Assembly: GCA_020346185.1 (NCBI GenBank)
Contig: CP070775.1
Span: 3,247,688-3,311,687 of the forward strand
Length of the DNA stretch: 64,000 nt
Direction of reading: 5' to 3'
From: Betaproteobacteria bacterium
GTDB taxonomy: Bacteria; Pseudomonadota; Gammaproteobacteria; Burkholderiales; Eutrophovitaceae
The notes beneath the pieces are model-generated. The model ran no database searches, was not told the origin of the DNA, and was given only the letters and a program-made list of their open reading frames with translations. A program made the position numbers and the translations under genes. Of this stretch, positions 15,880 to 26,885 are shown piece by piece; positions within the stretch are counted from its first letter, which is position 1; each line of letters starts with the position of its first letter.

Positions 15880-17976
15880 TCAGCGAAGGGCCGCTTGTTC
15901 CGATACCAGCCTTGGCGTCACGAAGATAAGCAGTTCCGTCTTGTCGTTGATCTTGAGGTTCTGCTTGAACAACCAGCCGAGCACGGGGATGTCCCCCAGC
16001 AACGGCACCTTGTTGGTCGTGTCGTTCTCTTCCTGCTGGAAAATGCCACCAATACCGACGGTTCCGCCATTCTCAACCAACACCTCTGTGGTGACCGCCT
16101 TGGTGTCGATTGCCGGCCCGGCCGCGGTGATTTCGCCCCGGCTGTCTTTTGTGACCTTCAGCTTTAGCATGACGTTCTCGTCGGGCGTGATCCGCGGCGT
16201 GACTTTCAGACTCAACGTCGCTTTGCGGAACGATACGCTGGTTGCACCACTGCTGGTGGCTTGCTGAAAGGGTATTTCCTCGCCCTGCTCGATGGTCGCC
16301 TCGACATTATCCGCCGTGATCACGCGCGGACTGGAGATGATCTTGGTTAACCCATCGGTCTGGCTCGCCGTCAACTCGAGATTGAGAAATCTTGTCATGG
16401 CGTCGTTCATCAGAATCAGCGAGAACGCGCCCGGGTTGTTTCCTCCAGCAGTACCGGGCGCAGGGTTACTCCAGAACATCGAGTCGGTCAGAAAGTCCGG
16501 CGCTTCCGCCGACTGCCCGGTGTGGAACCCCGTGTCTCTCAGGCTACCGCCGCCCGTCACATTAGGTGTTGGGTTCGTGTCGTGGAAGCCAATTCGCGCA
16601 CCGAGGTTGCGGCTGAACGTGTCACTGGCTTCGACAATTCGCGACTCGATCAGCACCTGCCGGACCGGCACATCGATTTGACTGATCAGATCCCGTACAC
16701 CGTCAAGCTTCTCGACTATGTCCTGCACAAAAATGGTATTGGTTCGTGCGTCAACGACCGCGCTGCCGCGACGCGAAAGCAATCCCTGCTCACCGCTGCC
16801 AAGAATTTTCTTGATATCTTCAGCGCGCTGATAGTTCAGCTGGAAGCTTTCCGTGACCATCGGCTCAAGGTCGGCGATCTGCTGTTGCGCCTCGAGTTCC
16901 AGTTTTTCCTTGGTGGCCAGCTCGTCCCTGGGCGCGATCCAGATGACGTTGCCGGTTTCGCGCATGTCCAGCCCCTTGGCCTGCAAAATGATGTCAAGCG
17001 CCTGGTCCCATGGGACGTCTTTCAAGCGAAGCGTCAGATTGCCTCCAACGGTATCACTCGTAATGATATTCAGACCGGTGAAGTCGGCCAGAACTTGCAG
17101 TACGGATCGAACTTCAATGTTCTGGAAGTTCAGCGAAAGCTTCTCACCTTTGTATTTCTTGTCCTTGCCCCTGGCAGTTTTGAGGTCAGTTTCGGTGATT
17201 GCTTTCACTTCTATGATGAAGCGGTTATCGGCTTGGTAAGCGGACTGTTCCCATCGGCCGTTCGGTATCACTGTCAAACGGACCATTGAGTCCATCGCCT
17301 CAACGTCGAACTTGTCAACCAAGGTACCAAAATCCGTGACGTCATAACGACGCTCCAATGCCGGCGGCAACTCCGTATCAAGGAAGTCGACAACCATCTG
17401 GCGCCCCTGGCGCCGCAGGTCGATACCGGTCTTGCTGTCGGACAGGTCGACGATGATTTTGGCCTCGCCGCCACGCCCACGCTGAAAATGCACGTCGCGA
17501 ATACTATGCAGTGCGGCAGGCTCACCCGTTGCAAAGCTGACCGTCTCTGGCTCCGGGGAAGACTGTGCTGTCGTTGCTGCTGCATCGAGCACAATCTCGA
17601 CAGTGTTTCCTTGCACCCGGGTAACGTAGGCAGGTGTGGCCATCATGTTCAGCACGACGCGAGTGCGGCTGCCAGACTGCCCCAGCCGAATCGACCTCAG
17701 CCCGCCCTCATTTACGTTTTGGACACTGCGGCCCAGCGCATTCGAAGTGTCGGCAAAATCGAGAGCGATGCGAGGCGGGTTACTCAATGCAAAGCTGATT
17801 GGCTCCGCAACCACCGGCCCAGACAAGGACATCTTCACAATAACCTTGTCATCCCGCGACGACACTTCGAGCGCCTGGATCGAATTGGCAGCCGGGCGAT
17901 CCTGAGCTGACACGTGCTGCATCACCAACAACGTGCCGACCATCACCAAAGCGGACATGATTCTTGTACGTGGCAT
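15880..17976 (-). CDS. pilQ: Type IV pilus secretin PilQ
   Basis: C-terminal secretin domain (VPLLGDIPVLGWLFK), N-terminal AMIN-like repeats, signal peptide. Start set at ATG 17976 (MPRTRIM), preceded by AGGAG. Confidence 0.9.
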   Translation of the reverse strand: MPRTRIMSALVMVGTLLVMQHVSAQDRPAANSIQALEVSSRDDKVIVKMSLSGPVVAEPISFALSNPPRIALDFADTSNALGRSVQNVNEGGLRSIRLGQSGSRTRVVLNMMATPAYVTRVQGNTVEIVLDAAATTAQSSPEPETVSFATGEPAALHSIRDVHFQRGRGGEAKIIVDLSDSKTGIDLRRQGRQMVVDFLDTELPPALERRYDVTDFGTLVDKFDVEAMDSMVRLTVIPNGRWEQSAYQADNRFIIEVKAITETDLKTARGKDKKYKGEKLSLNFQNIEVRSVLQVLADFTGLNIITSDTVGGNLTLRLKDVPWDQALDIILQAKGLDMRETGNVIWIAPRDELATKEKLELEAQQQIADLEPMVTESFQLNYQRAEDIKKILGSGEQGLLSRRGSAVVDARTNTIFVQDIVEKLDGVRDLISQIDVPVRQVLIESRIVEASDTFSRNLGARIGFHDTNPTPNVTGGGSLRDTGFHTGQSAEAPDFLTDSMFWSNPAPGTAGGNNPGAFSLILMNDAMTRFLNLELTASQTDGLTKIISSPRVITADNVEATIEQGEEIPFQQATSSGATSVSFRKATLSLKVTPRITPDENVMLKLKVTKDSRGEITAAGPAIDTKAVTTEVLVENGGTVGIGGIFQQEENDTTNKVPLLGDIPVLGWLFKQNLKINDKTELLIFVTPRLVSEQAALR

Positions 17977-17989
17977 ATTTATTTCGCTC

Positions 17990-18517
17990 CTATTGCTCAA
18001 GCAATTGCAAGCTAGCGGATCGCTCGCTCCAGCCGCCATTAGCCGGGTCCTGAATGACTTCTTTCAAGGAGAGTGCTGTCTCACTGACTGCGGTGACTAT
18101 TCCAAAATTTTGACCCATGTAATTGCCGATTCTGGCTTTGTACAGGTTGTTGTCCGGGGTCTTGATTAGCGCGTAGCGTACACGGTTTTGCTGCAGCGTT
18201 CCTACCATTTTCAGGCTCTCAAGCGGAAACGCCTCCAGCGTTTCCTTGCGGCGGCTCATATCCGGAGCTGGTCCGGTACCGACTGCCACGCCGCTACCGG
18301 TTTCGAGATCACGCGGCGAAAATGGATCTGGCAATTCGAATGCGTTGTAGGCGAACGGCTCGAACTGTTTGATCTCGGGCAGTGGTTCAACGCGTCCGCG
18401 TAACCCCTGCTTCGACTCCTCCACGAACCGGTCGAGGTCCTCGAACTCCCCACTACTGCATCCGTGCAGTAGCACGCATGCGCAGCAAACCGATAATACT
18501 AAACTTGATCGAGTCAC
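17990..18517 (-). CDS. pilP: Type IV pilus assembly lipoprotein PilP
   Basis: 175 aa; lipobox (VLLHGCSS); position between pilO and pilQ. Confidence 0.8.
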   Translation of the reverse strand: MTRSSLVLSVCCACVLLHGCSSGEFEDLDRFVEESKQGLRGRVEPLPEIKQFEPFAYNAFELPDPFSPRDLETGSGVAVGTGPAPDMSRRKETLEAFPLESLKMVGTLQQNRVRYALIKTPDNNLYKARIGNYMGQNFGIVTAVSETALSLKEVIQDPANGGWSERSASLQLLEQ

Positions 18518-19152
18518 CGGCGTCGCCCTCCCTGCTTCGCCTTACGCGCCGCATTACGCTGCGCAGCGACTTCAGCATCATCGAGATAGCGATAGGTGCG
18601 CGCGGTGGCATCCATTTCGAGCTGGCCGCCTTTGCTCTTTTTCAGTGAGATATTGGAAAGCGTGACAATGCGCGGAAGCTGCGAGACATCGCTCGCAAAC
18701 GAACCCATTTCATGATAGTTGCCCGTAATTTTGATGCTGATCGGCAACTCGGCGTAGAACTCGGACATCGCCTCGCTCTGCGCTGGCTTGAACAGAACAA
18801 ATTGCAGGCCACGGCCCAAGCCGGCCTGATTAATATCGGTCAGCAAGCCTTCCATTTCGGATTTGTTCGGCAACTGCTTGAGCATTTCCCCGAACTCCTC
18901 CTCGATCGTGGCCAGCTGTTCACGGTAGGCATCGAGGTTGACCGCCTGCTTTTGTTTGCCAAGGAAGCTGGTTCTGAGCTGCTGTTCTTTTTGGCGCGCA
19001 GAGTCTAGTTGCTGCAGCTGATTGCGCCAGTCGAACCAGTAACCTAAGAAGATCACTGCGATCAAAAGTATCAGTAAGACAGCCAACTTTGGTACAACTG
19101 GCCACGAGCCAATTTGACTCGGGTCCAGTTCGCGAAGATCGTCAAGTGTCAT
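18514..19152 (-). CDS. pilO: Type IV pilus assembly protein PilO
   Basis: 212 aa bitopic protein (TM helix, then coiled coil); 4-nt overlap with pilP; pilMNOPQ synteny. Confidence 0.8.
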   Translation of the reverse strand: MTLDDLRELDPSQIGSWPVVPKLAVLLILLIAVIFLGYWFDWRNQLQQLDSARQKEQQLRTSFLGKQKQAVNLDAYREQLATIEEEFGEMLKQLPNKSEMEGLLTDINQAGLGRGLQFVLFKPAQSEAMSEFYAELPISIKITGNYHEMGSFASDVSQLPRIVTLSNISLKKSKGGQLEMDATARTYRYLDDAEVAAQRNAARKAKQGGRRR

Positions 19153-19164
19153 AATCGTTTCGCC

Positions 19165-19770
19165 TTAGGACTTTTTGCGCCTGTTATCGGGAGGCGACGA
19201 AGCAGTAGTTTTGCTTTTCTCTTCTGGCCGGGTCAGCTGAACGGTCAAATTAAACTCGTTCAGAGTAACGCTGCTGCCGCGAGGTTTTGAAGCCTTGATC
19301 TCGATTAACTTGGGCGCTTCGAGCCAAGGAGAAGCGTCGAAGTTGCGCATCAGAGTTGATACGCGTGAATTGGATGTCGCGAAACCGAGAATGCTGACGC
19401 TCCTGCCGGATTGCTTTATTGTTTTCAGATGCACACCGTCAGGCAACTGACGCACCAGCTGATCGAGCAACCGCACGCTCTCTGTCCGATTGCTCTGCAG
19501 GGTTTCAACAACGCGCTTGCGAGCGAGTAAGGATTGAGTTTGCGATTTCAATTGCTTGATCTCGGCAATTTTCTTGTCGAGTTCAGCAATCCTCGTTTCA
19601 AGAAAATTGTTACGCTCGTTCTGCTTGTTGATGCTGCCCTCCAGGAAGGAGTGCCCAAGGAACCAGACAAAGCCTCCGATGAATGCCGTCAACGCGGCAA
19701 GGATTGCGAACTGTCTCTGCAGCTCCTTGCGACGTTCAGCACGGTACGGTAGTAGGTTAATAGGGATCAT
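19165..19770 (-). CDS. pilN: Type IV pilus assembly protein PilN
   Basis: N-terminal INLLPYR motif that binds PilM, then a TM helix; 4-nt overlap with pilM. Confidence 0.8.
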   Translation of the reverse strand: MIPINLLPYRAERRKELQRQFAILAALTAFIGGFVWFLGHSFLEGSINKQNERNNFLETRIAELDKKIAEIKQLKSQTQSLLARKRVVETLQSNRTESVRLLDQLVRQLPDGVHLKTIKQSGRSVSILGFATSNSRVSTLMRNFDASPWLEAPKLIEIKASKPRGSSVTLNEFNLTVQLTRPEEKSKTTASSPPDNRRKKS

Positions 19771-20873
19771 GCGTCAAACCTCCGTAACGCCAGACCGCAC
19801 CCCACCAGAAGTGAAGGCGCGTCGATAAGAAGCTGGGCACGTTTGATGCGGCCCGATATGTCCATTCCGGAAAACGGATTTGCAATCACGGTGTTCACCT
19901 GCGTGCGCTCGGCAACCACCTCGGCCAAATCAGGGATGCTGGCTGTGCCGCCCGAAAGGAAGAGCTGGTCGACCTCGCTGTACTGCGTTGAGGTAAAGAA
20001 GAACTGCAATGCGCGAACTACTTCCAATGCCAGCGTATCCATGAACGGGGCAAGGACCTCGTCCTGATAGTCATCCAGCAGGTTGCCGCTGCGCTTCGCG
20101 GCCTCGGCTTCTTGCATCGACATGCCGTACACACGCATGATCTCTTGCGTGAGCTGAAGACCTCCGAACGGCTGCTCACGCATGTAGACAGACTGATTGT
20201 TCACCAGGATGTTAACGTTCATGAGAGAAGCCCCGATGTCAATCAAAGCGATGGTCTGATCGCGGCCCCCATTGGGCAATTTGGCTATCGGGAGCTCGAG
20301 CGCATTTTGCGCAGCAAATGCGTCGATATCCATGACTGTCGCTTTAAGGCCGGCCGTTTCAGCAACCGCGACCCGATCCTCCACCTTCTCCTTGCGGGCC
20401 GCCGCAAGCATAACTTCAACTTGCTCCGGACTGCTTGGTTCCGGCCCGAGTACCTGAAAGTCCAGATCGACCTCTTCGAGAGCGAACGGAATGTACTGGT
20501 TGGCCTCTGCCTCGACCTGGGCCTCCATATCATCCTCGCTTTGGCCGGCGTCGAGAATGATTTTTTTTGTAATGACCGCCGCTGAAGGGACCGCCATGGC
20601 AAGCGTCTTGACCCGCGTTCCCATACTTTTCCAGGCGCTTCGGACGGAGTCGCCGACCTGCTCCAGATTCATGATGTTGCCGTCCACCACCGCCTCATGG
20701 GGCAATGGTTCGATGGCATAACGTTCGAGGCGGTAAAGTCCCTTGCCGACGCTTGATAGTTCCACCATCTTGACTGCCGAAGAACTGATATCGACGCCGA
20801 TTAGCGGCGTCGATTTCGGCTTCAACAGGGAGCCAAAAAAGTCCGTATTAAACTCGAATTTTCCGTTGAACAT
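19767..20873 (-). CDS. pilM: Type IV pilus assembly ATPase-fold protein PilM
   Basis: 368 aa actin/FtsA-like fold (LIGVDISSSAVKMVEL...LIDIGAS); first gene of pilMNOPQ, divergent from mrcA. Confidence 0.85.
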   Translation of the reverse strand: MFNGKFEFNTDFFGSLLKPKSTPLIGVDISSSAVKMVELSSVGKGLYRLERYAIEPLPHEAVVDGNIMNLEQVGDSVRSAWKSMGTRVKTLAMAVPSAAVITKKIILDAGQSEDDMEAQVEAEANQYIPFALEEVDLDFQVLGPEPSSPEQVEVMLAAARKEKVEDRVAVAETAGLKATVMDIDAFAAQNALELPIAKLPNGGRDQTIALIDIGASLMNVNILVNNQSVYMREQPFGGLQLTQEIMRVYGMSMQEAEAAKRSGNLLDDYQDEVLAPFMDTLALEVVRALQFFFTSTQYSEVDQLFLSGGTASIPDLAEVVAERTQVNTVIANPFSGMDISGRIKRAQLLIDAPSLLVGCGLALRRFDA

Positions 20874-21005
20874 AGGTGAGTTAGGCGAATATCCGCATAA
20901 TTTACATTAACCCTAGCAACAACTTCTCCGCAAGTAAAGCAAAAAGGCTGCCTCCATCGCCCTCGACCCTGTCCTGGCTCTATATAATGGGTTCCTTCGA
21001 AAGAT

Positions 21006-23357
21006 ATGACAGCGTGCCGCTTCGCTCGATCCATGACCTCCCGCTGGTGGTTCTATCCCCTGATCGCCTTTGCCGCTTTATGCGTCGCCGGCATGCTGCT
21101 GCTCGGTTATGCGGCAGTTATTGCCTATCCGCGGCTGCCCTCAATCGAAGTTCTGGCGACCTACCAACCCAAGATTCCGCTCCAGATATACAGCGCGGAA
21201 GGAGAATTGATTGGTGAGTTCGGCGAGGAACGCCGCGCCTATGTCAAGATCGAAGACACGCCGGAGAAACTCAAGCAGGCCATTATCGCGACCGAGGACG
21301 AACGATTCTACGAGCACGGCGGCGTCGATTACATCGGCGTGCTCCGAGCAGCACTGGCGAATTTCCGAGCGAAGAGTGCCCGCCAGGGTGCCAGCACCAT
21401 CACCATGCAAGTAGCGCGGAACTTCTTCTTAACCTCGGAGAAGACACTGAAACGCAAATTCAATGAGGCCTTGCTTGCCTTCAAGATCGAACGCAACTTG
21501 AGCAAGGACCAGATTCTCGAGATATATATCAACCAGATCTACCTAGGCCAACGCGCCTACGGTTTCGGCGCTGCTGCGCAGGTTTACTTTGGCAAATCAT
21601 TGGGCGAGGCAAATCTGGCGGAGATCGCGATGCTGGGTGGGCTGCCAAAGGCGCCTTCCAGATACAATCCAGTCGCCAACATGTCCCGTGCAAAACAGCG
21701 GCAGCATCACGTGCTGCGGCGCATGCTCGAGATCGGACAGATCGACGCCGAGCAGTTCAAGGAGGCGGAAGAAGAACAGATCAATATCGCTGCGCAGAGC
21801 ACCAGTTACGCGACACGGGCGGAACATTTCTCGGAAATGGTGCGGCAGGCCATATTTGATGCCTACAAGGAAGACTCTTACACGCGCGGGTTTCGCGTCT
21901 ATACAACACTTTCCAAGCGACACCAGGACGCGGCCTTTACCGCTCTACGCCGCGGTATGCTGGAATATGATGAGCGCCAGGGCTATCGGGGCGCTGAAGG
22001 CTATTTCGATCTGCCGAAAGACGTATCTGACGAACAGCTCGAAGAAGCGTTACAGGATGAAGCGGAGAGCAATGGAATATTCCCCGCCATCGTTCTCGAT
22101 ATGTCGCAAAAATCTGTAAAAGCGTATCGAAAAGGTGGAGAACCTGTCACCATCGTCGGAGAAGGTCTGGCATTCGCTGGGCCTATGATCGGCAAGACTG
22201 CGCCGCCGAAGACTCGCCTCAAGCGCGGCGCTCTGATTCGCGTCAAGAATGACAAGAAGATTGGCTGGGCAATCGTCCAGCTACCGCAAGTTGAAGGCGC
22301 GTTCGTTTCGATCGATTCAGACAACGGCGCGATACGCTCGCTCGTTGGCGGCTTCGATTTCGATCGCAACAAGTTCAACCACGTCACCCAGGCCCGGCGT
22401 CAACCCGGCTCGAGCTTCAAGCCATTTATCTATTCGGCAGCGCTGGAAAAAGGTTTCACGCCGGCTACGATCATCAACGACGCACCGATCACCATCGACG
22501 CCAGCGAGACGGGTGCGATTCCCTGGGAACCAAAGAATTTCGATGGCAGCTTTTCGGGGCCGATTCGCATGCGAACGGCTCTGACCAAGTCGAAAAATCT
22601 GGTCTCAATCCGGATTTTGCAGGCGATCACGCCGAGATACGCCCAGGAATACCTGACCCGGTTCGGATTCGAGCGACGCAGCCATCCGGCTTATCTGACA
22701 ATGGCGCTTGGAGCGGGCTCGGTGACACCGCTAGAATTGGCGATGGGCTACGCCGTGTTCGCTAATGGCGGATATCACGTCACGCCTTACTTTATTGAGC
22801 GTATCGAAGACCGCCAGGGTAATGTCCTGGGAACCGCCGTGCCGTTGCTTGCCGGTGAAACCGCCGAACGAGTCATCGACCCACGCAATGCCTTCATTAT
22901 GTTCAACATGATGCAGGACGTGATCCGTGGCGGAACCGGAGCGCGCGCCATGTCAATCGGCCGGGTCGACCTCGCCGGCAAGACTGGTACCACTAACGAC
23001 CAAATGGACGCGTGGTTCGCTGGATTTCAGCGCCGTTTGGTAGCGGTGGCATGGGTTGGATATGACATCCCCAGGTCTCTCGGAGAGTTCGAGACAGGCG
23101 CCAAGACCGCGCTGCCGATTTGGGTGTCCTATATGACTGCCTCACTCCGAGCTCAGCGCGAAGAAATCCCGATCGCACCCGAAGGCGTTACGGCGGTCGC
23201 CATCAATCCGGAAACAGGTTTGCGCGACACCGCCGCTGGCAACCAGATGATTGAGTACTTCTATCAAGAAAATGTACCACCCGAGCCTGCAACAGGCTTT
23301 CTATTTCGAACCGAACCTTCAAGGCCCAGTGAAGAAATCAACGACCAGCTTTATTAG
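21006..23357 (+). CDS. mrcA: Penicillin-binding protein 1A (bifunctional glycosyltransferase/transpeptidase)
   Basis: 783 aa; GT51 motifs (ATEDERFYEHGGVD, GASTITMQ, RKFNEA); transpeptidase SxxK (GSSFKP), SKN, KTGT. The start could instead be Met10. Confidence 0.95.
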   Translation: MTACRFARSMTSRWWFYPLIAFAALCVAGMLLLGYAAVIAYPRLPSIEVLATYQPKIPLQIYSAEGELIGEFGEERRAYVKIEDTPEKLKQAIIATEDERFYEHGGVDYIGVLRAALANFRAKSARQGASTITMQVARNFFLTSEKTLKRKFNEALLAFKIERNLSKDQILEIYINQIYLGQRAYGFGAAAQVYFGKSLGEANLAEIAMLGGLPKAPSRYNPVANMSRAKQRQHHVLRRMLEIGQIDAEQFKEAEEEQINIAAQSTSYATRAEHFSEMVRQAIFDAYKEDSYTRGFRVYTTLSKRHQDAAFTALRRGMLEYDERQGYRGAEGYFDLPKDVSDEQLEEALQDEAESNGIFPAIVLDMSQKSVKAYRKGGEPVTIVGEGLAFAGPMIGKTAPPKTRLKRGALIRVKNDKKIGWAIVQLPQVEGAFVSIDSDNGAIRSLVGGFDFDRNKFNHVTQARRQPGSSFKPFIYSAALEKGFTPATIINDAPITIDASETGAIPWEPKNFDGSFSGPIRMRTALTKSKNLVSIRILQAITPRYAQEYLTRFGFERRSHPAYLTMALGAGSVTPLELAMGYAVFANGGYHVTPYFIERIEDRQGNVLGTAVPLLAGETAERVIDPRNAFIMFNMMQDVIRGGTGARAMSIGRVDLAGKTGTTNDQMDAWFAGFQRRLVAVAWVGYDIPRSLGEFETGAKTALPIWVSYMTASLRAQREEIPIAPEGVTAVAINPETGLRDTAAGNQMIEYFYQENVPPEPATGFLFRTEPSRPSEEINDQLY

Positions 23358-23421
23358 GCTGGGACTTGCAAGCCCTTTTGATCGGCGCGTTGCGCCACAA
23401 TAGTCCTGCCTGCCTATAGAC

Positions 23422-24048
23422 ATGGCCCGAGATCGCGCGATCAGCCGGCAGCTGCGTTCACGAATCGCCCATCTGGCAGCACGCCTGATGGTCGTGGATG
23501 GCATCGACGCTCTCTCGCTGGCGAAGCGTAAAGCCGCGCGACAGGTCGGCGCGACACAAGCTCGCAGCCTGCCCAGCAACGAAGAGGTGGAAGCCGCTCT
23601 GGAAATCTATTTGCAGCTATACCGCGCGGAAGAGCATGCGGAGCGAGTGGCACACCTTCGCGCTTGTGCGCTGCGCCTGATGGGCACTCTCGCGCGTTTC
23701 AATCCTAAGCTCTCTGGACCAGTGCTGGAGGGCAACGCGGGACGCTACAGTAACGTCGACTTGCACTTGTTCACCGACAGCCCGAAAACAGTCGAATTCT
23801 TCATGCTCGATCAAGGTTTCGACTATAAACAACGGCACAGAAAGATCTACCGAGGCGCAGAGCCAGCTACGATCGTGGCTTTTCTGGTCTGCACCAAGGA
23901 CGCTGATTTCAATATTTCGGTATTCGACTACAACGATTTGCGCCTCGGCCTTCGCAGCACCTCGAACGGTCGGGCATTCCGACATGCCGGGCCCGAATCG
24001 GTGGCGGCGATGCTGAATCAGGCAGGAAAAGCCAGCCAAAGCGATTGA
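23422..24048 (+). CDS. Conserved-looking hypothetical protein, 208 aa, function unknown (weak nucleotidyltransferase-fold resemblance)
   Basis: Uninterrupted ORF filling the mrcA-hemB gap with normal-looking composition. Helical N-terminus (LAKRKAARQVG...LPSNEEVEAALEIYLQLY) followed by SGPVLEGNAGRYSNVDLHLF, which loosely fits G[SG]-x(9-13)-DhD/E. Confidence 0.5.
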   Translation: MARDRAISRQLRSRIAHLAARLMVVDGIDALSLAKRKAARQVGATQARSLPSNEEVEAALEIYLQLYRAEEHAERVAHLRACALRLMGTLARFNPKLSGPVLEGNAGRYSNVDLHLFTDSPKTVEFFMLDQGFDYKQRHRKIYRGAEPATIVAFLVCTKDADFNISVFDYNDLRLGLRSTSNGRAFRHAGPESVAAMLNQAGKASQSD

Positions 24049-24090
24049 GCAGGCGCGGCAAAGGCGCATTAGCGGGGCATCCCTGCGCGC

Positions 24091-25134
<1,044 letters not shown>

Positions 25135-25287
25135 TCAAATTTAGGCATTCGAGGCGGAACTTTCTTACGCCGCCGCACTCACATTGATAGACAATCATGT
25201 CTCCCGCTTCTCCTCCCTGAGCGGGTGCCTTAATCTCATTAAGGCGTTTGTTGCCCCGGGCGCCTGAAAACCGCCCGGGTCTTTATT

Positions 25288-25902
25288 CTACCGCCCGTTT
25301 TCTTCGGCTCCGCTCAACCATCCGGTGACGATATCTTGTGCCTGTTGTATACCCAGCCTGCCAGTGCTGGAAAACAATTGCACGGTGCAGCCCGGGTAGT
25401 GCTTGCGAAGTACCGCTTCGACCTTTTGCAACTGATTGGCGGCCTGCGAGCGCGACAATTTGTCTGCTTTGGTAAGCAATACAAGCACCGGTTTGCCGGT
25501 CGTGGCAAACCAGTCGAGCAACTGCTGGTCTAGCGGCGTCATCGGGTGACGCACGTCCATCAATACAACCAAGCCGCAGATCTGTTGCCGCCGGTTAAGG
25601 TAACCGCCGACAAGAGCTGCCCACTGTCGCTTCATTTCGCCCGGAACCCGCGCATAGCCATAGCCTGGCAGATCGACAAGATAGGTATTGCGATCGATGG
25701 CGAAAAAGTTGATCAGACGCGTGCGGCCGGGTGTCTTGCTAACGTGCGCCAGTTTGCGCCTGCCGGTAAGGGTGTTCAGCGCACTCGACTTACCGGCGTT
25801 GGATCGTCCCGCAAAAGCCACCTCTGTAGCGCTCTCTTCGGGACACTGATTCAGCTGTTCAGCTGACTTATGGAATACGGCTTTTTGCAGTCGAGAAGTC
25901 AC
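25288..25902 (-). CDS. engB: Ribosome-biogenesis GTPase EngB/YihA
   Basis: G1 motif GRSNAGKSS and G4 TKADK. The ORF runs to 25977, but that start lies 2 nt from the divergent cytochrome c4 ATG. An in-frame GTG at 25902 (VTSRLQKAVF) gives a typical ~204-aa protein, so the start is uncertain. Confidence 0.8.
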   Translation of the reverse strand: MTSRLQKAVFHKSAEQLNQCPEESATEVAFAGRSNAGKSSALNTLTGRRKLAHVSKTPGRTRLINFFAIDRNTYLVDLPGYGYARVPGEMKRQWAALVGGYLNRRQQICGLVVLMDVRHPMTPLDQQLLDWFATTGKPVLVLLTKADKLSRSQAANQLQKVEAVLRKHYPGCTVQLFSSTGRLGIQQAQDIVTGWLSGAEENGR

Positions 25903-25979
25903 CTGTGGGGCTTCAGCTACAATTATGAATCCAACCGACCCTCGGCAAGGGTCCGAAACCAAACTGGGAGTTTGCACTG

Positions 25980-26618
25980 ATGATGCAGTTCATTGCGTTA
26001 TTGATTGCGCTGGCACTACCCGTTGCAGCCGTTGCCGCGGGGCATGATAAGACTGAACCGGGCAACGGAAGTTTCGGAAACGCCGTTAAAGGCCAACGAA
26101 TTGCTGGACAGGTCTGCGCAGCATGCCACGGCATCGATGGCAACAGTCCCCTGAGCGCAAACCCCAATCTTGCTGGACAACACCCTGATTACCTCCTTAA
26201 ACAACTGAGGGAGTACAAATCGGGCGCAAGAGCCAACGCGATCATGGCCGGGATAGTTGCCAATCTGTCCGTGGAAGACATGCGCGATCTGGCCGCGTTT
26301 TATGCCAGCAAGCCGGCAAAACGAAGCACAGCGAAGGATATGGAGCTGGTCACAGTGGGCCAGCAACTTTACCGAGCCGGCGTTCCCGGCAAGGGGGTTG
26401 CCGCATGTGCCGGCTGCCACTCGCCCGATGGTGCCGGGGTTCCGCCACAGTATCCACGCGTTTCAGGACAGCATGCGGAGTACACCGCCACGCAACTACG
26501 CGCTTTCCGAGCCGGGGCTCGCAATAATGATCTAAACGCCATGATGCGCATGGTTGCAGCCCGGCTCAGTGAAGCGGAAATCGAAGCACTCGCAGAGTAC
26601 ATTTCAGGTCTGCACTAG
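25980..26618 (+). CDS. Dihaem cytochrome c4
   Basis: 212 aa; signal peptide and two CXXCH haem sites (CAACHG, CAGCHS) in duplicated class-I domains; divergent from engB as in many proteobacteria. Confidence 0.9.
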   Translation: MMQFIALLIALALPVAAVAAGHDKTEPGNGSFGNAVKGQRIAGQVCAACHGIDGNSPLSANPNLAGQHPDYLLKQLREYKSGARANAIMAGIVANLSVEDMRDLAAFYASKPAKRSTAKDMELVTVGQQLYRAGVPGKGVAACAGCHSPDGAGVPPQYPRVSGQHAEYTATQLRAFRAGARNNDLNAMMRMVAARLSEAEIEALAEYISGLH

Positions 26619-26885
26619 GACCTGTTGACACGTATCCGATCGATGCGACGGTGGCCGCCTTGGCGCAAGATAAGGCGCAGCGAGTGCGGTGTGGTTAGTC
26701 CATATAAGCGCGCTGTGACGCAGGATCGCGCCAAAGCGGCCCCGTCCCTCCGGGTTGACTCCCAAAAATGCAGCCATGCTGCGTTGCTCGTCTTTAATAT
26801 TTGGGATAACCAAACTGCAATCCTCGCGCCTTAACTGGCTTCATTTTACGGATCAACGCATGGATCGTATATGCATTAACGGGCC

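Noticed and set aside
20561-20568. A8 homopolymer in the pilM coding strand (VITKKIIL) as a possible phase-variation tract.
   Set aside because: It simply encodes Lys-Lys-Ile. By rough estimate, one or two 8-nt A/T runs are about what chance allows in 64 kb of this composition. Eight nucleotides is short for slipped-strand switching, and nothing else suggests phase variation.
25228-25279. Two adjacent hairpins (GCCTTAAT-ctc-ATTAAGGC and CCCGGGCG-9 nt-CGCCCGGG) downstream of engB, as a possible repeat element or sRNA.
   Set aside because: They sit exactly where the engB terminator and hemB leader are expected. They occur only once in the window, so there is no REP-like family, and they lack flanking promoter signals.
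26604-26834. Two mutually antisense 69-aa ORFs in the 268-bp convergent cytochrome c4/hemL spacer.
   Set aside because: Neither has an RBS, and the translations are implausible, being basic and low-complexity. One overlaps the cytochrome c4 3' end. The spacer shows only weak hairpins, for example GCAGC-cat-GCTGC with U5 on the minus strand at 26764-26782, consistent with 3' UTRs or terminators.
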